In this document: piece after piece, positions 7,970 through 17,123 of the stretch | How positions within the stretch are numbered: the stretch's first letter is position 1 | How the letters are laid out: each line of letters begins with the position of its first letter | Source: a virus | Length of the DNA: 64,000 nucleotides | Reading direction: 5' to 3' (one strand) | Virus record (IMG/VR): IMGVR_UViG_3300037487_001184 | Coordinates: 60,230 to 124,229 of that record | Notes under the pieces: model-generated | Databases searched by the model: none | The model's input: the letters and a program-made list of their open reading frames with translations, nothing else | What the model was told of the DNA's origin: nothing | Made by a program: the position numbers and the translations under genes

Positions 7970-9618
7970 GTTGACGACCTACCCTGTAGTAGACTATCAA
8001 TAGCACTTATAATCTCATCAACATTATGATTCATACATGGATGTCCCGGTAAAGGGCACACTCTTTTGTCCTGTTGAAACATAACTCCGCCATTGCATGG
8101 TTTGTCCTTCCCTTTCGGGCACATCCCTTGTAGATTCACAATATTCTTCTTATCATACCCGTACATCGAGGCATCACTTCGTCCGAATAATACAACTGAT
8201 GGTACGTTCAAAGCAGCGGCAGCATGTGCAGCCATTGTATCAATACTCACAACACAACGTGCACCTTTAATCCAACGAAAGGCATCCCGATAATTCACAT
8301 TATTCACAAGACGAACATTTTGAAGAGGATCTACCACTTCTGCGCCAGATAACTGTATTACTTCACAATTATATTTATTCCTCAGCTCTTGAATTATAGA
8401 ATCCCACTTACTAATAGGTTCCAAGTGCTTGGTTCTAGAGAAATCACTGAAGTCATATATCTTAGCAGATGAATTATTAGCAACTATTATATAATTTTCA
8501 ATCTCCCCCATTGGTTCTACATTATATAATTCAGGAGATGGGTTGTCTAACTCGGGTAGGTCCAAAGCTTTACAATAAGCATTTGCCAAACTACCACGCC
8601 ACTCGTTCTTCCCCATCCACCCGTACACACTTAACTCTACACGATGTGTTCGTTGGTCGCTCAACGCTGACTTACATATCACATCTATATTAGGATTACC
8701 CTCAAGTACGTCTTTTGCTAGTGGATGCCAAACCGATATATTTCGACCGGGATGTTTCTTACGAAGCTCCGCGAACATCGGGGTTGAGGCGATTAAATCA
8801 CCACACGCGTGCGTAAGGTTGAGGTGGATTCCAGGTTGCATATCTTTTCGAACTAGGTTAAACTTACGTGCATCGTCCAGAGCGTTACCCTGACCACGTA
8901 CTCCACCCGAGGGGGCTCTTAAGTGCCATACTTCTGCCGTCGGAACAATGACTACGCGATGTCCCTCTACATGAAAACGCCAGCTATGAAAAGACTCTTC
9001 CCTAAAATGATCGAACAGGTGTGTATCAAACCCACCTATCTCACGAAGTCTATCTGTACGCATTATCATTGGACACGTAAGATGCTCCACATCAATCAGA
9101 TTCTGGTCTTCATGCCGAATCCATTGAAGGTTTGGGGTATTAGCTATTGTCGCTACCTTCCCCCACGTCTGTCTACGCTCATCCCCTACGGCTAAAGACT
9201 GGATATCTGCACCAGGGTCTAACACAAGACTTGCGGCGCAGGCTATTTTGTCGTCATCGAACACCTTTACCATCTTAGAAAAGTAGTCAGTGTTCAACCA
9301 ATGATCATCGTCTGCTCGACAGAATAATGGGTTTCTCCAGTTCTTCTCTGCCCATAGAAAACCCTCTTGCAGAACTGCACCTACTTTACTGGTCTTAGGA
9401 CTTGCAAGTATCTGCACTTTATGAGATTTTCTCAACTCTGCAATGATGCGCTTGTACATCTCATCCTTTTCCCAGTTTTCGATGTTAAATGGACCCTCAC
9501 TATCATCTACTATAATAAGGTCCCAGTAGGGATAATCTTGATTCCTAAGCGACCAGAGTATCTGGTGAAGCACATACTTCCTATCTTTGGTTGCTATGAC
9601 TGTTGTGACACGCTTCAT
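7966..9618 (-). CDS. GT2 glycosyltransferase fused to a GT9-like (heptosyltransferase-type, GT-B) domain
   Basis: N-terminal VIATKDR, LIIVDDS, RADDD, IGGFD; C-terminal CGDLIASTP, LEGNPNID, VVSIDT..AHAAAALNVPSVVLFG. Confidence 0.85.
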   Translation of the reverse strand: MKRVTTVIATKDRKYVLHQILWSLRNQDYPYWDLIIVDDSEGPFNIENWEKDEMYKRIIAELRKSHKVQILASPKTSKVGAVLQEGFLWAEKNWRNPLFCRADDDHWLNTDYFSKMVKVFDDDKIACAASLVLDPGADIQSLAVGDERRQTWGKVATIANTPNLQWIRHEDQNLIDVEHLTCPMIMRTDRLREIGGFDTHLFDHFREESFHSWRFHVEGHRVVIVPTAEVWHLRAPSGGVRGQGNALDDARKFNLVRKDMQPGIHLNLTHACGDLIASTPMFAELRKKHPGRNISVWHPLAKDVLEGNPNIDVICKSALSDQRTHRVELSVYGWMGKNEWRGSLANAYCKALDLPELDNPSPELYNVEPMGEIENYIIVANNSSAKIYDFSDFSRTKHLEPISKWDSIIQELRNKYNCEVIQLSGAEVVDPLQNVRLVNNVNYRDAFRWIKGARCVVSIDTMAAHAAAALNVPSVVLFGRSDASMYGYDKKNIVNLQGMCPKGKDKPCNGGVMFQQDKRVCPLPGHPCMNHNVDEIISAIDSLLQGRSST

Positions 9619-9645
9619 AAAGCCTCCCCAGTGAAAATAATATTT

Positions 9646-9674
9646 ACACTAAATTGAAAAGTCTGATTTGTCAA
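9646..9674 (-). promoter_or_regulatory. Candidate sigma70-type promoter for the glycosyltransferase/fibre block
   Basis: TTGACA-17 nt-TAGTGT upstream of the GGGGAGG RBS of 7966..9618. Confidence 0.45.
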
Positions 9675-9675
9675 A

Positions 9676-9861
9676 CTATCTTTTTCCTTGAACCTCAATA
9701 AATAAAGCCACTTTGTTTCTATAGGTATCTAAAGCATAAATAAAATCAGATGTTCCGTCTACATTCTGTGCGGAAACCATGTGCTCTAGAGATGATATCA
9801 TTTGAATGATGTTAAGTAAAACCATATCCACTTTTTCATAATCAATGCTGGATACCGCCAT
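9676..9861 (-). CDS. Hypothetical protein
   Basis: 61-aa ORF with AAGGAG RBS. Confidence 0.6.
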   Translation of the reverse strand: MAVSSIDYEKVDMVLLNIIQMISSLEHMVSAQNVDGTSDFIYALDTYRNKVALFIEVQGKR

Positions 9862-9878
9862 AATAATCTCCTTTCTTA

Positions 9879-12800
9879 CTACAATATTATTGGATAAGAT
9901 GTCGGGGTTCTAGTTACTCGAAAGTTCCCAGTGGCACCATCTACTACTGAATAATAATAATTAGCACCCATTACATAAACATAATGAGGAGGAAACGGTA
10001 CTTGATATAAATAAGCTACAGCATCACTCCTACCAACAACAGGAGGGCTACCATAATAAATATCTAATCCTGATTCTGTGTGCCTTGATGCAGATCCCCC
10101 AGGTTGCTCACAATCAACCTCGGAAGAATCCCCGCTATGTCCACCAACCCAATAAGTGATAGTTGCAGAACCAATAGTTATAAAAGCTGAATAACAAGTA
10201 CCATAATTAGAAACATACGCCCTAGTTGTACCAGTCCTACTCAACGAACAAACTACTTCCTCTATTGGACGAATAAACCCAGGAAGCGATATAGAGGTAT
10301 TGGAGTTACCAATAGCAGCTTCCCAATACTGGGTGGGTTGATGATAAATACTCCACAGATTCCAATTTCCACTCATTCTATTTGTAGATGTAACTACTAT
10401 ATATCCGATACAAATACTATCATCATAGTCCATTGTACCTGACTTTCTAGTAGAGAGTGCTGTAAGCCTATTTGTTGGAGGAGTCGCTGATATGTACCAA
10501 TAGTTAGGACTTACCCAATCCGTAGTTAAGGTTACTACGTCACTCATTGCTACTTTCAGATAAATATAATACAAATTTCCTGGAGACAAATTACAAAAGT
10601 CTAACCAAAAACGCGGGACTGCCCCATTATTAACATTAAGTACCCCAGCATTTGGAAAAACAATCTGAGTACCGGTCTCAATCGGGGACAAGGAAAAATA
10701 AGATGTATCTCTATAATCTATCCTAATTGGCAATCCAGCGTACTTCTGGTCCTCGAACTTAAACCTCTTACCAATCCAGTCATACGTCACAATTCTAGGA
10801 ATTGTACCTATATAACCACTTATCAATCCATTCTCTAGTGTATCTATATAACTATCTAGTGCAGACACATCAATTGATAAACTACGCAGATGCGTCCAGC
10901 CATCCTGTATATCATGCCCTAATTGATATGCCTCAGAGTACAAGTTGTTTACATCTAAACTAAATGCATCTGTCAGTCCCCGAAGTATACCAGCATGGCT
11001 ATCCAAGTCATCCATAATATCGTGTAAAGCATCCAAGTCACTAGTCAACGAAAGCCGTAAATCGTCTAGCTGGTCAAAATTAGATTCTAAGGAACCTATC
11101 AAACGGTGAGCATCCGAATACTGATGACTCAAATCCATAGTGTAAGAATACATATCATCATTTAGGCTAAACAGACTATCTACATAAAGGTCTAGAGTAT
11201 TTGCCCTACCACTAATAGTGTCTAGTTTACCGCTCAGACTGTAAACTGTAGCACTAATTCCATCAGTCCTTGTGGATAGTGAATCTAGCTGAATATCCAT
11301 AAGAGATACATTACCGGATAGCGTATTAGCATTACTGTACAAGATGTTAACATGCCCGCTAAGGGATGTGAGTTTACCCCCTAACTGTGTGTCCAGAATC
11401 TGCAAATCACTAATATCCGAAAATAAACTATCCCGTTGATGCTCCAGGCTATGAATTAAATTACCGGCTGTAGAATCAGCGCTACGCAGAAGAGCAGTCA
11501 TTGAATTAAGGCTTGTTATAAGTACACCTTCTGCACTAAGGTCTGCTGACAGACTATCTAACCCATGACTCAGGCTATGTAAATAAAGTGATTGTGTATT
11601 CACATGGGACTGTAAATTAAGAGCTGCTACACTCATACTATATATCAAGGCTGATTGAATATTTAAATCACCTTCTAGTACACCTAGCTGAGAGTCTAAC
11701 ATACTGGTGTATAGTTCTTGCAGAGAAACATCCCCGGATAGCACGTTTAACTGAGACCCAACACTATTCAGATGAGCACTTAGAAGATTAGCATCCTCAA
11801 ACAAAGAATCAGCAGTATTAGATATAAGTGAAACATACCCCTCCAGATCCCCAAACTCACTCCAGAGATGCCCAAGGTCGTGTGATATCTCTAATGTATC
11901 TGAAGTAATGGCAGTAAAACTCATACCAAGAGACGCTTCCATTAAATCTATGTCTACAACCAAGTTACTAAAGTGTCCTGCTAAAGCGTTTAACCAGTAA
12001 CCTACATCACTTATATCCTCACCCAAAGAGTCACCAATAATATACAAGTCAGAGACGTGACCAAATATATTATTAACATCTACTCGCATATAAGAAGCTA
12101 AATCACTGAGAACATCTGTATCACTCCATAAGTTAGATATCCCACTTTCCATAGACCTTTGAATATCACTCAAAACATAGTAATCTGAGCGTAGAGCGCT
12201 TTCCCTTATTTCCATCCAAAACTGCAAATCTTGTAAAATAAGAGTATCATCCCTAATTGCACCAATATTAATCTCCAAATACGAGTACATATCGTGAATA
12301 TAACTATAATCAGAAACAAGACGTTCTTCATAACTTTCAATCTGTGTGGTCACATCACCAATTAGACTTGTAACATCGTCTATATAACCAATAACAGAAT
12401 CCAAGGAGTCTGTAAGCGCAGAAATAACTTCTGCATCACTTAATAAGTCCCATACTTCTTGTGTAAATAGACTCTTAAAGCTAAACAGTCCGTCCACATC
12501 ACCACTAATTAAGTTGATGTTACTGTATATATCCGATACATCTTGATGCAGATTGTCACCTATAGAGTTCAGATTACTATTGATATCATACAAATCGGAT
12601 ACTTGCCATACTAAATCGCCGACTAGTGATTGAACATCCGCAATATCTGACCTCATATAGGATATCTCTGAGTCCATTGCTAGAAGAACGCTGTCTACAT
12701 CACTAATTGTATCAAATAAACCACTAACATCAGACCCTATATTCTCAATGACCTGGTCTAGGGCAGAGAGATTACTCCGTCCCTCACTAATCTCATCCCC

Positions 12801-15173
12801 CATTGCACTTACAATGAGGTCCATATCTGACATAATTGAGTAGGCAGCATCAATGTCCGAATCTATTAAGTCTAACTCGTGATACATGGATTCAACAAGG
12901 ATGGACATATGCCCAGCGGTACTCATGATATTTCGCTGGTCTGAGTCTAGATTACTAAAGTCTTGATACAGGTCTGCTATATCACTCCATATATCTGACA
13001 TAAAAGAGTCCATACCAAGGTCTATGTCAGACCCCCAACCTAATAAGAAATCAATTAAACTGTCATGAGCAAATAAGCTATCATCAATTGCACTTAAATG
13101 ATTTACTCTATCAGCTAAATAACCATAAACAGCGGTTTGGTTTCCAGGACTATCTACCAACCAACTACCTGTAAACTGTCCATTAGCATCCGTCCTTACA
13201 GTTGCTATCCAACGTGCTGAGGTACCAGGATAATTTGAAGATAAATAACCTCTTGTTGGAGCTATTGTAGAAAAGAACAGTGTGTTAGCACGAACGCCCC
13301 AACAAATATCAGTATTAGCCATATACACATAGAGAGTAGTATTAGGATGAGTATTAATTCTAGTTAAATTACTAAGTGGACTTGTAATATTTGCTTCTGT
13401 ATATAATTGAATGTAATCAGTTACATTTGCAGTATGCACACCAGAATCCGTAGAGGGAAGAGTTATTATAGTATCTCCGCCCACATATACAACTCCAGCG
13501 GTACCCTCAATCTCAACTACTTTGAACCGATTCACCGTATCTGGTTTTATTGCAAAGTCTGCTTGACCTTTAAAATGTGTAGGATTTAATACAAGAGATT
13601 TTATATATGATATATCCTTAGCGTATAAAAACCGAGCATTAGCATCTGTCCATATATGCCCCACACACCTAGAAAAGAACAAAGGAAAAGTCTCTGTCAT
13701 CCGATAATGTTCATGTTCTTTGGTAGATAATACTATCTTGAGACGTAAGTCTTTCTCTGGGTCATAATAAGTTTCTGAACCTTCATCAGAAGACTGCCAG
13801 GGTCTTGTAGTAAGTGTATTTATCGCATTGAAGTTTACTGCATCTATCTCATTTATTAAATAAATCCAATAATGCGTATTTGCTAAAATAGGCGTATCAA
13901 CATAGACTGGTAAATCAGTAGCTGGGTCTACAGATATCCAAGAATCAAAACGAGAAGCAGAGTGTCCCTCTCCTAAATAAATTAACTCGTCTGGTAAATA
14001 AATCTGCCCATAGCAACCGTCTGTACGGAGCAGTCTTATCTCATCTTGACTCTCATAACTTAAATAGAAATCAGAGTAATCCCTAAAAGTAGCAGAAAAA
14101 GAGGGTCTCCTTGATATCCAGGAGAAGTCTAAGTTATGTCGAAAGTAAGGACCCCCCTCTGCTTTAGAGGTAACATCTGTCTCAATAAATCCCGCGATTA
14201 TCGCATAATTCTTCAATGAAGGAGTGTCTATATAATCATCTACAGGAGCTATTTTGGATAAAAACAACCTCCCATTAAAATTACAAGCCGGTGTGGAATT
14301 ATGGGTAGAGTCTCCAGGAAGAGCAGGGACACTTATAGGCACCTTACTATTAGCATAATAAACATAATACTCCGTACCAGACTCTACATACTCTGGTAAG
14401 ACCTGCCCATCTACAACTTTTATCGCTGGGTAAGAATTGAAAACAATAGCTGTATCTGTAGGAGTCATCTTCTCACTACCCACAAATACAAAACCTTTAC
14501 CACCGGCTACTAATGTAATTCCAACAGCCGACTTACCGTAATATTCTAACTTAGCATCGGGTATTAAAAACTCAATAAACCCATCCGGTAAATGCTTATA
14601 TTCTTCGTCATCCTCTATTGCTGAGTGTTTCCATCTTCTCCATGCAAGCCCATCCCAAAAAACTTTGATATCATAGTAATATAGAACGTGCGCAGAGCCC
14701 CTATGTAAACCAGGTCTAGGTAATGCGCCTTCGTCATCAATATCCCAATACCACTTAACTATCTTCCATTCTTGAAAATCAACATCCCAGAAATAATAAT
14801 CCTTATCACGCATATCAAAAAATTCTGCATCTTCTGGGGGCCAATTGGGTCTAGGAACAGACCACATCTCGAAATCTTTGCGTGGACCATATGGCAATCC
14901 GGTATTAGGGTTTGTATTACCTAATACGGGGAGTGTTTCGACAGAGGCTGCGGAACCCGCGAGGGTTATTACTTCATAATCTATACCATTCCAGACAACA
15001 GGGTTAGGCCAATCCCTTACCCACCGCTCTTGCCCATAAAAATTCCCTTCTGGTGATTGCCAACCTAATGCTCTGGAGTAATTTACTCCGTCTCCGACGG
15101 GGGGCGCAGTCTGCCCCTCTTCTACATAATAAAATTTATCTCCCTGATCTACTAAGGTAGGATCAAAAGGCAT
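9879..15173 (-). CDS. Giant tail fibre/appendage protein with a ~760-aa acidic coiled-coil stalk
   Basis: Regular heptads (DIWSDIA DLYQDFS NLDSDQR...) flanked by repeated globular beta-rich domains; located in the tail-fibre region. Confidence 0.75.
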   Translation of the reverse strand: MPFDPTLVDQGDKFYYVEEGQTAPPVGDGVNYSRALGWQSPEGNFYGQERWVRDWPNPVVWNGIDYEVITLAGSAASVETLPVLGNTNPNTGLPYGPRKDFEMWSVPRPNWPPEDAEFFDMRDKDYYFWDVDFQEWKIVKWYWDIDDEGALPRPGLHRGSAHVLYYYDIKVFWDGLAWRRWKHSAIEDDEEYKHLPDGFIEFLIPDAKLEYYGKSAVGITLVAGGKGFVFVGSEKMTPTDTAIVFNSYPAIKVVDGQVLPEYVESGTEYYVYYANSKVPISVPALPGDSTHNSTPACNFNGRLFLSKIAPVDDYIDTPSLKNYAIIAGFIETDVTSKAEGGPYFRHNLDFSWISRRPSFSATFRDYSDFYLSYESQDEIRLLRTDGCYGQIYLPDELIYLGEGHSASRFDSWISVDPATDLPVYVDTPILANTHYWIYLINEIDAVNFNAINTLTTRPWQSSDEGSETYYDPEKDLRLKIVLSTKEHEHYRMTETFPLFFSRCVGHIWTDANARFLYAKDISYIKSLVLNPTHFKGQADFAIKPDTVNRFKVVEIEGTAGVVYVGGDTIITLPSTDSGVHTANVTDYIQLYTEANITSPLSNLTRINTHPNTTLYVYMANTDICWGVRANTLFFSTIAPTRGYLSSNYPGTSARWIATVRTDANGQFTGSWLVDSPGNQTAVYGYLADRVNHLSAIDDSLFAHDSLIDFLLGWGSDIDLGMDSFMSDIWSDIADLYQDFSNLDSDQRNIMSTAGHMSILVESMYHELDLIDSDIDAAYSIMSDMDLIVSAMGDEISEGRSNLSALDQVIENIGSDVSGLFDTISDVDSVLLAMDSEISYMRSDIADVQSLVGDLVWQVSDLYDINSNLNSIGDNLHQDVSDIYSNINLISGDVDGLFSFKSLFTQEVWDLLSDAEVISALTDSLDSVIGYIDDVTSLIGDVTTQIESYEERLVSDYSYIHDMYSYLEINIGAIRDDTLILQDLQFWMEIRESALRSDYYVLSDIQRSMESGISNLWSDTDVLSDLASYMRVDVNNIFGHVSDLYIIGDSLGEDISDVGYWLNALAGHFSNLVVDIDLMEASLGMSFTAITSDTLEISHDLGHLWSEFGDLEGYVSLISNTADSLFEDANLLSAHLNSVGSQLNVLSGDVSLQELYTSMLDSQLGVLEGDLNIQSALIYSMSVAALNLQSHVNTQSLYLHSLSHGLDSLSADLSAEGVLITSLNSMTALLRSADSTAGNLIHSLEHQRDSLFSDISDLQILDTQLGGKLTSLSGHVNILYSNANTLSGNVSLMDIQLDSLSTRTDGISATVYSLSGKLDTISGRANTLDLYVDSLFSLNDDMYSYTMDLSHQYSDAHRLIGSLESNFDQLDDLRLSLTSDLDALHDIMDDLDSHAGILRGLTDAFSLDVNNLYSEAYQLGHDIQDGWTHLRSLSIDVSALDSYIDTLENGLISGYIGTIPRIVTYDWIGKRFKFEDQKYAGLPIRIDYRDTSYFSLSPIETGTQIVFPNAGVLNVNNGAVPRFWLDFCNLSPGNLYYIYLKVAMSDVVTLTTDWVSPNYWYISATPPTNRLTALSTRKSGTMDYDDSICIGYIVVTSTNRMSGNWNLWSIYHQPTQYWEAAIGNSNTSISLPGFIRPIEEVVCSLSRTGTTRAYVSNYGTCYSAFITIGSATITYWVGGHSGDSSEVDCEQPGGSASRHTESGLDIYYGSPPVVGRSDAVAYLYQVPFPPHYVYVMGANYYYSVVDGATGNFRVTRTPTSYPIIL

Positions 15174-15428
15174 TTAAACAAACACTCCGGGAAGTTGATA
15201 TGGATTTACGCAAGGACATTGTGTACCACTACAATGCATATTCCGATTGAATACTTCGAAACCACCGTGAACGGGAGCAGTGGTGTCTCCAATAGTTATA
15301 CCTAATCCCCATATAGTAAAACAAGCCTTTGTTATATTATCCCATGCAGTAGCTTGGCTTGCTCCACATACTGCTGGTCCTGGACCAAATGTAACCGGCG
15401 ATTCACTATCTCCTACGTACTTAGCCAT
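15174..15428 (-). CDS. Small Cys-rich protein, paralogue 3 of 3
   Basis: KACF..ITIGDTTAPVHGGF..FNRNM..CPCVNPYQLPGVFV. Confidence 0.75.
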   Translation of the reverse strand: MAKYVGDSESPVTFGPGPAVCGASQATAWDNITKACFTIWGLGITIGDTTAPVHGGFEVFNRNMHCSGTQCPCVNPYQLPGVFV

Positions 15429-15430
15429 GA

Positions 15431-15688
15431 TTATACGACCGCAGTCCCAGGAAGAAAGTACTTATTTGGGCAACAAGGTTGTGTACCATCAACCCTGAAA
15501 TTCCAGTTACAGCACTCCATACCCTTCATCACTGAATCTGCTTTATCTCCAATTATAACAGTCTGCCCTGTTATTGCCCAACAACCCTTTCCTACGGTAT
15601 CGTTTACATACCCACCAGGTAAATCCTTACAACCAGGACTTTGAATAGGAGCATCTGCCGATCCACCTGGAGACCAGTACTTACCCAT
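15431..15688 (-). CDS. Small Cys-rich protein, paralogue 2 of 3
   Basis: KGCW..VIIGDKADSVMKGM..CNWNF..CCPNKYFLPGTAVV. Confidence 0.75.
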   Translation of the reverse strand: MGKYWSPGGSADAPIQSPGCKDLPGGYVNDTVGKGCWAITGQTVIIGDKADSVMKGMECCNWNFRVDGTQPCCPNKYFLPGTAVV

Positions 15689-15966
15689 TATACCACAACT
15701 CCAGGTATAGCATACTTATCTGGACAACAAGCACAGTCTCCATTTGTATGAAATACCCAATTTATATGAGAAAACCCGTCTTTCACAGACATAGCAGTAT
15801 CACCTATAATAACAGGGGGGGAGGTTGTCAAAAAACATTTTTTACCAGTGGGCATTCGACTAGGGTCGTGTGCTGGTGGGTCATACATAGCTCCACCATC
15901 TGAACCACAAGGAGCACCCATCGTTATAACTGAGCCATACTGACTTGGTGGACTAATAAAACTCAT
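15688..15966 (-). CDS. Small Cys-rich protein, paralogue 1 of 3
   Basis: KKCF..VIIGDTAMSVKDGF..INWVF..CCPDKYAIPGVVV. Confidence 0.75.
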   Translation of the reverse strand: MSFISPPSQYGSVITMGAPCGSDGGAMYDPPAHDPSRMPTGKKCFLTTSPPVIIGDTAMSVKDGFSHINWVFHTNGDCACCPDKYAIPGVVV

Positions 15967-15970
15967 TCTT

Positions 15971-16951
15971 TTACTCCAAACAAATAGAACCTAAACCCAA
16001 ATCCCACAGATTTGTTTTTAGGTGTTCGATGTTCTTATTGGCAAATATTCTATCTCGGTAAGACATTCGAACTGTCTCACCCATCTCTGGGAATTCTTGG
16101 TGGGCACAGTTTCTTCCTTGTACAAGCACATTACCTATCATAAACCACCGAAGCATATTATTGTCTTTTTCAATTTCCGGAGGAATCATATCATAATAAC
16201 TTACATCTATATCCGTCAGGAAACGCATTGCTGCTAACACAGCAAAAGTATCATCACAATGCTCCTCTCCTAACCCAATATAATGCAATAATCCAGCATA
16301 CCTATTCCTATCTGCTCTCGCTAGACTATAAAATACTGAATAAACAGTTCCCAGTTTATGAACCAAATGTGGAGATTTAAACATATCCGCCACATCAAAT
16401 ACATGAGCACCCTCAGAAATATCATTGATGCTGGCTTTATCCCAAGGGAGATTCCAATCATTCCTTATCATATAATAAAGTAGCTCTAAAAGTTGCCCTG
16501 TATCTCCATCTGGAAGAAATCGTTTCCTATCACATTTATAATCAAGCACAAAGTAATACTGATGATTTTCTGTATCATGCTCTACATAATCCAGCACCTG
16601 CACACCAGACTTATCGAAATCCTTCGAGTTCCTAATGAGCTTCAGTTCTTTGGGACCACACGTTCCTATGAAATCTGAGAAGTATGGTTGATACTTGTGT
16701 TGAAATATTCCTACTTTACCTTCAAATCTGGGGTCTTTTGCAACATAACCACAGTAAAACACATTAGCTTTCTCTATTACTCCAGGACAGTTTCTGTCCA
16801 TTGTAAGGTGTGTGTCATAAGGCACACCCACGCCTTTATAATAAGTGCTGCCATTTTTACACACCCTACCGCCCACAAATGTCAAGTCAGCAGGTATAGA
16901 AAGAGTTCTTATCTCATCTCCGAACTCATTGTATATTGGTATCTCTGTCAC
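15971..16951 (-). CDS. Hypothetical protein
   Basis: 326-aa ORF within the operon; no motif recognised. Confidence 0.75.
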   Translation of the reverse strand: MTEIPIYNEFGDEIRTLSIPADLTFVGGRVCKNGSTYYKGVGVPYDTHLTMDRNCPGVIEKANVFYCGYVAKDPRFEGKVGIFQHKYQPYFSDFIGTCGPKELKLIRNSKDFDKSGVQVLDYVEHDTENHQYYFVLDYKCDRKRFLPDGDTGQLLELLYYMIRNDWNLPWDKASINDISEGAHVFDVADMFKSPHLVHKLGTVYSVFYSLARADRNRYAGLLHYIGLGEEHCDDTFAVLAAMRFLTDIDVSYYDMIPPEIEKDNNMLRWFMIGNVLVQGRNCAHQEFPEMGETVRMSYRDRIFANKNIEHLKTNLWDLGLGSICLE

Positions 16952-17123
16952 TTTGCATCCCTAATATCATTGACTTAATACTTTCTATCTCATTCAGAAG
17001 ATTATCATTTTGTTCTTTGAGTTTACGCATCTTTTTATCCAAGGGGTTAGGGGCTGATCTGAGCCAGCCCTGTGAACCCCTCACTCTAAAATATCCTAGT
17101 GGTGGTCGGTCGAAACTAGACAC
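16926..17123 (-). CDS. Small coiled-coil protein
   Basis: 65 aa; start overlaps the stop of the DUF4815-like gene; C-terminal heptads. Confidence 0.6.
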   Translation of the reverse strand: MSSFDRPPLGYFRVRGSQGWLRSAPNPLDKKMRKLKEQNDNLLNEIESIKSMILGMQSDRDTNIQ

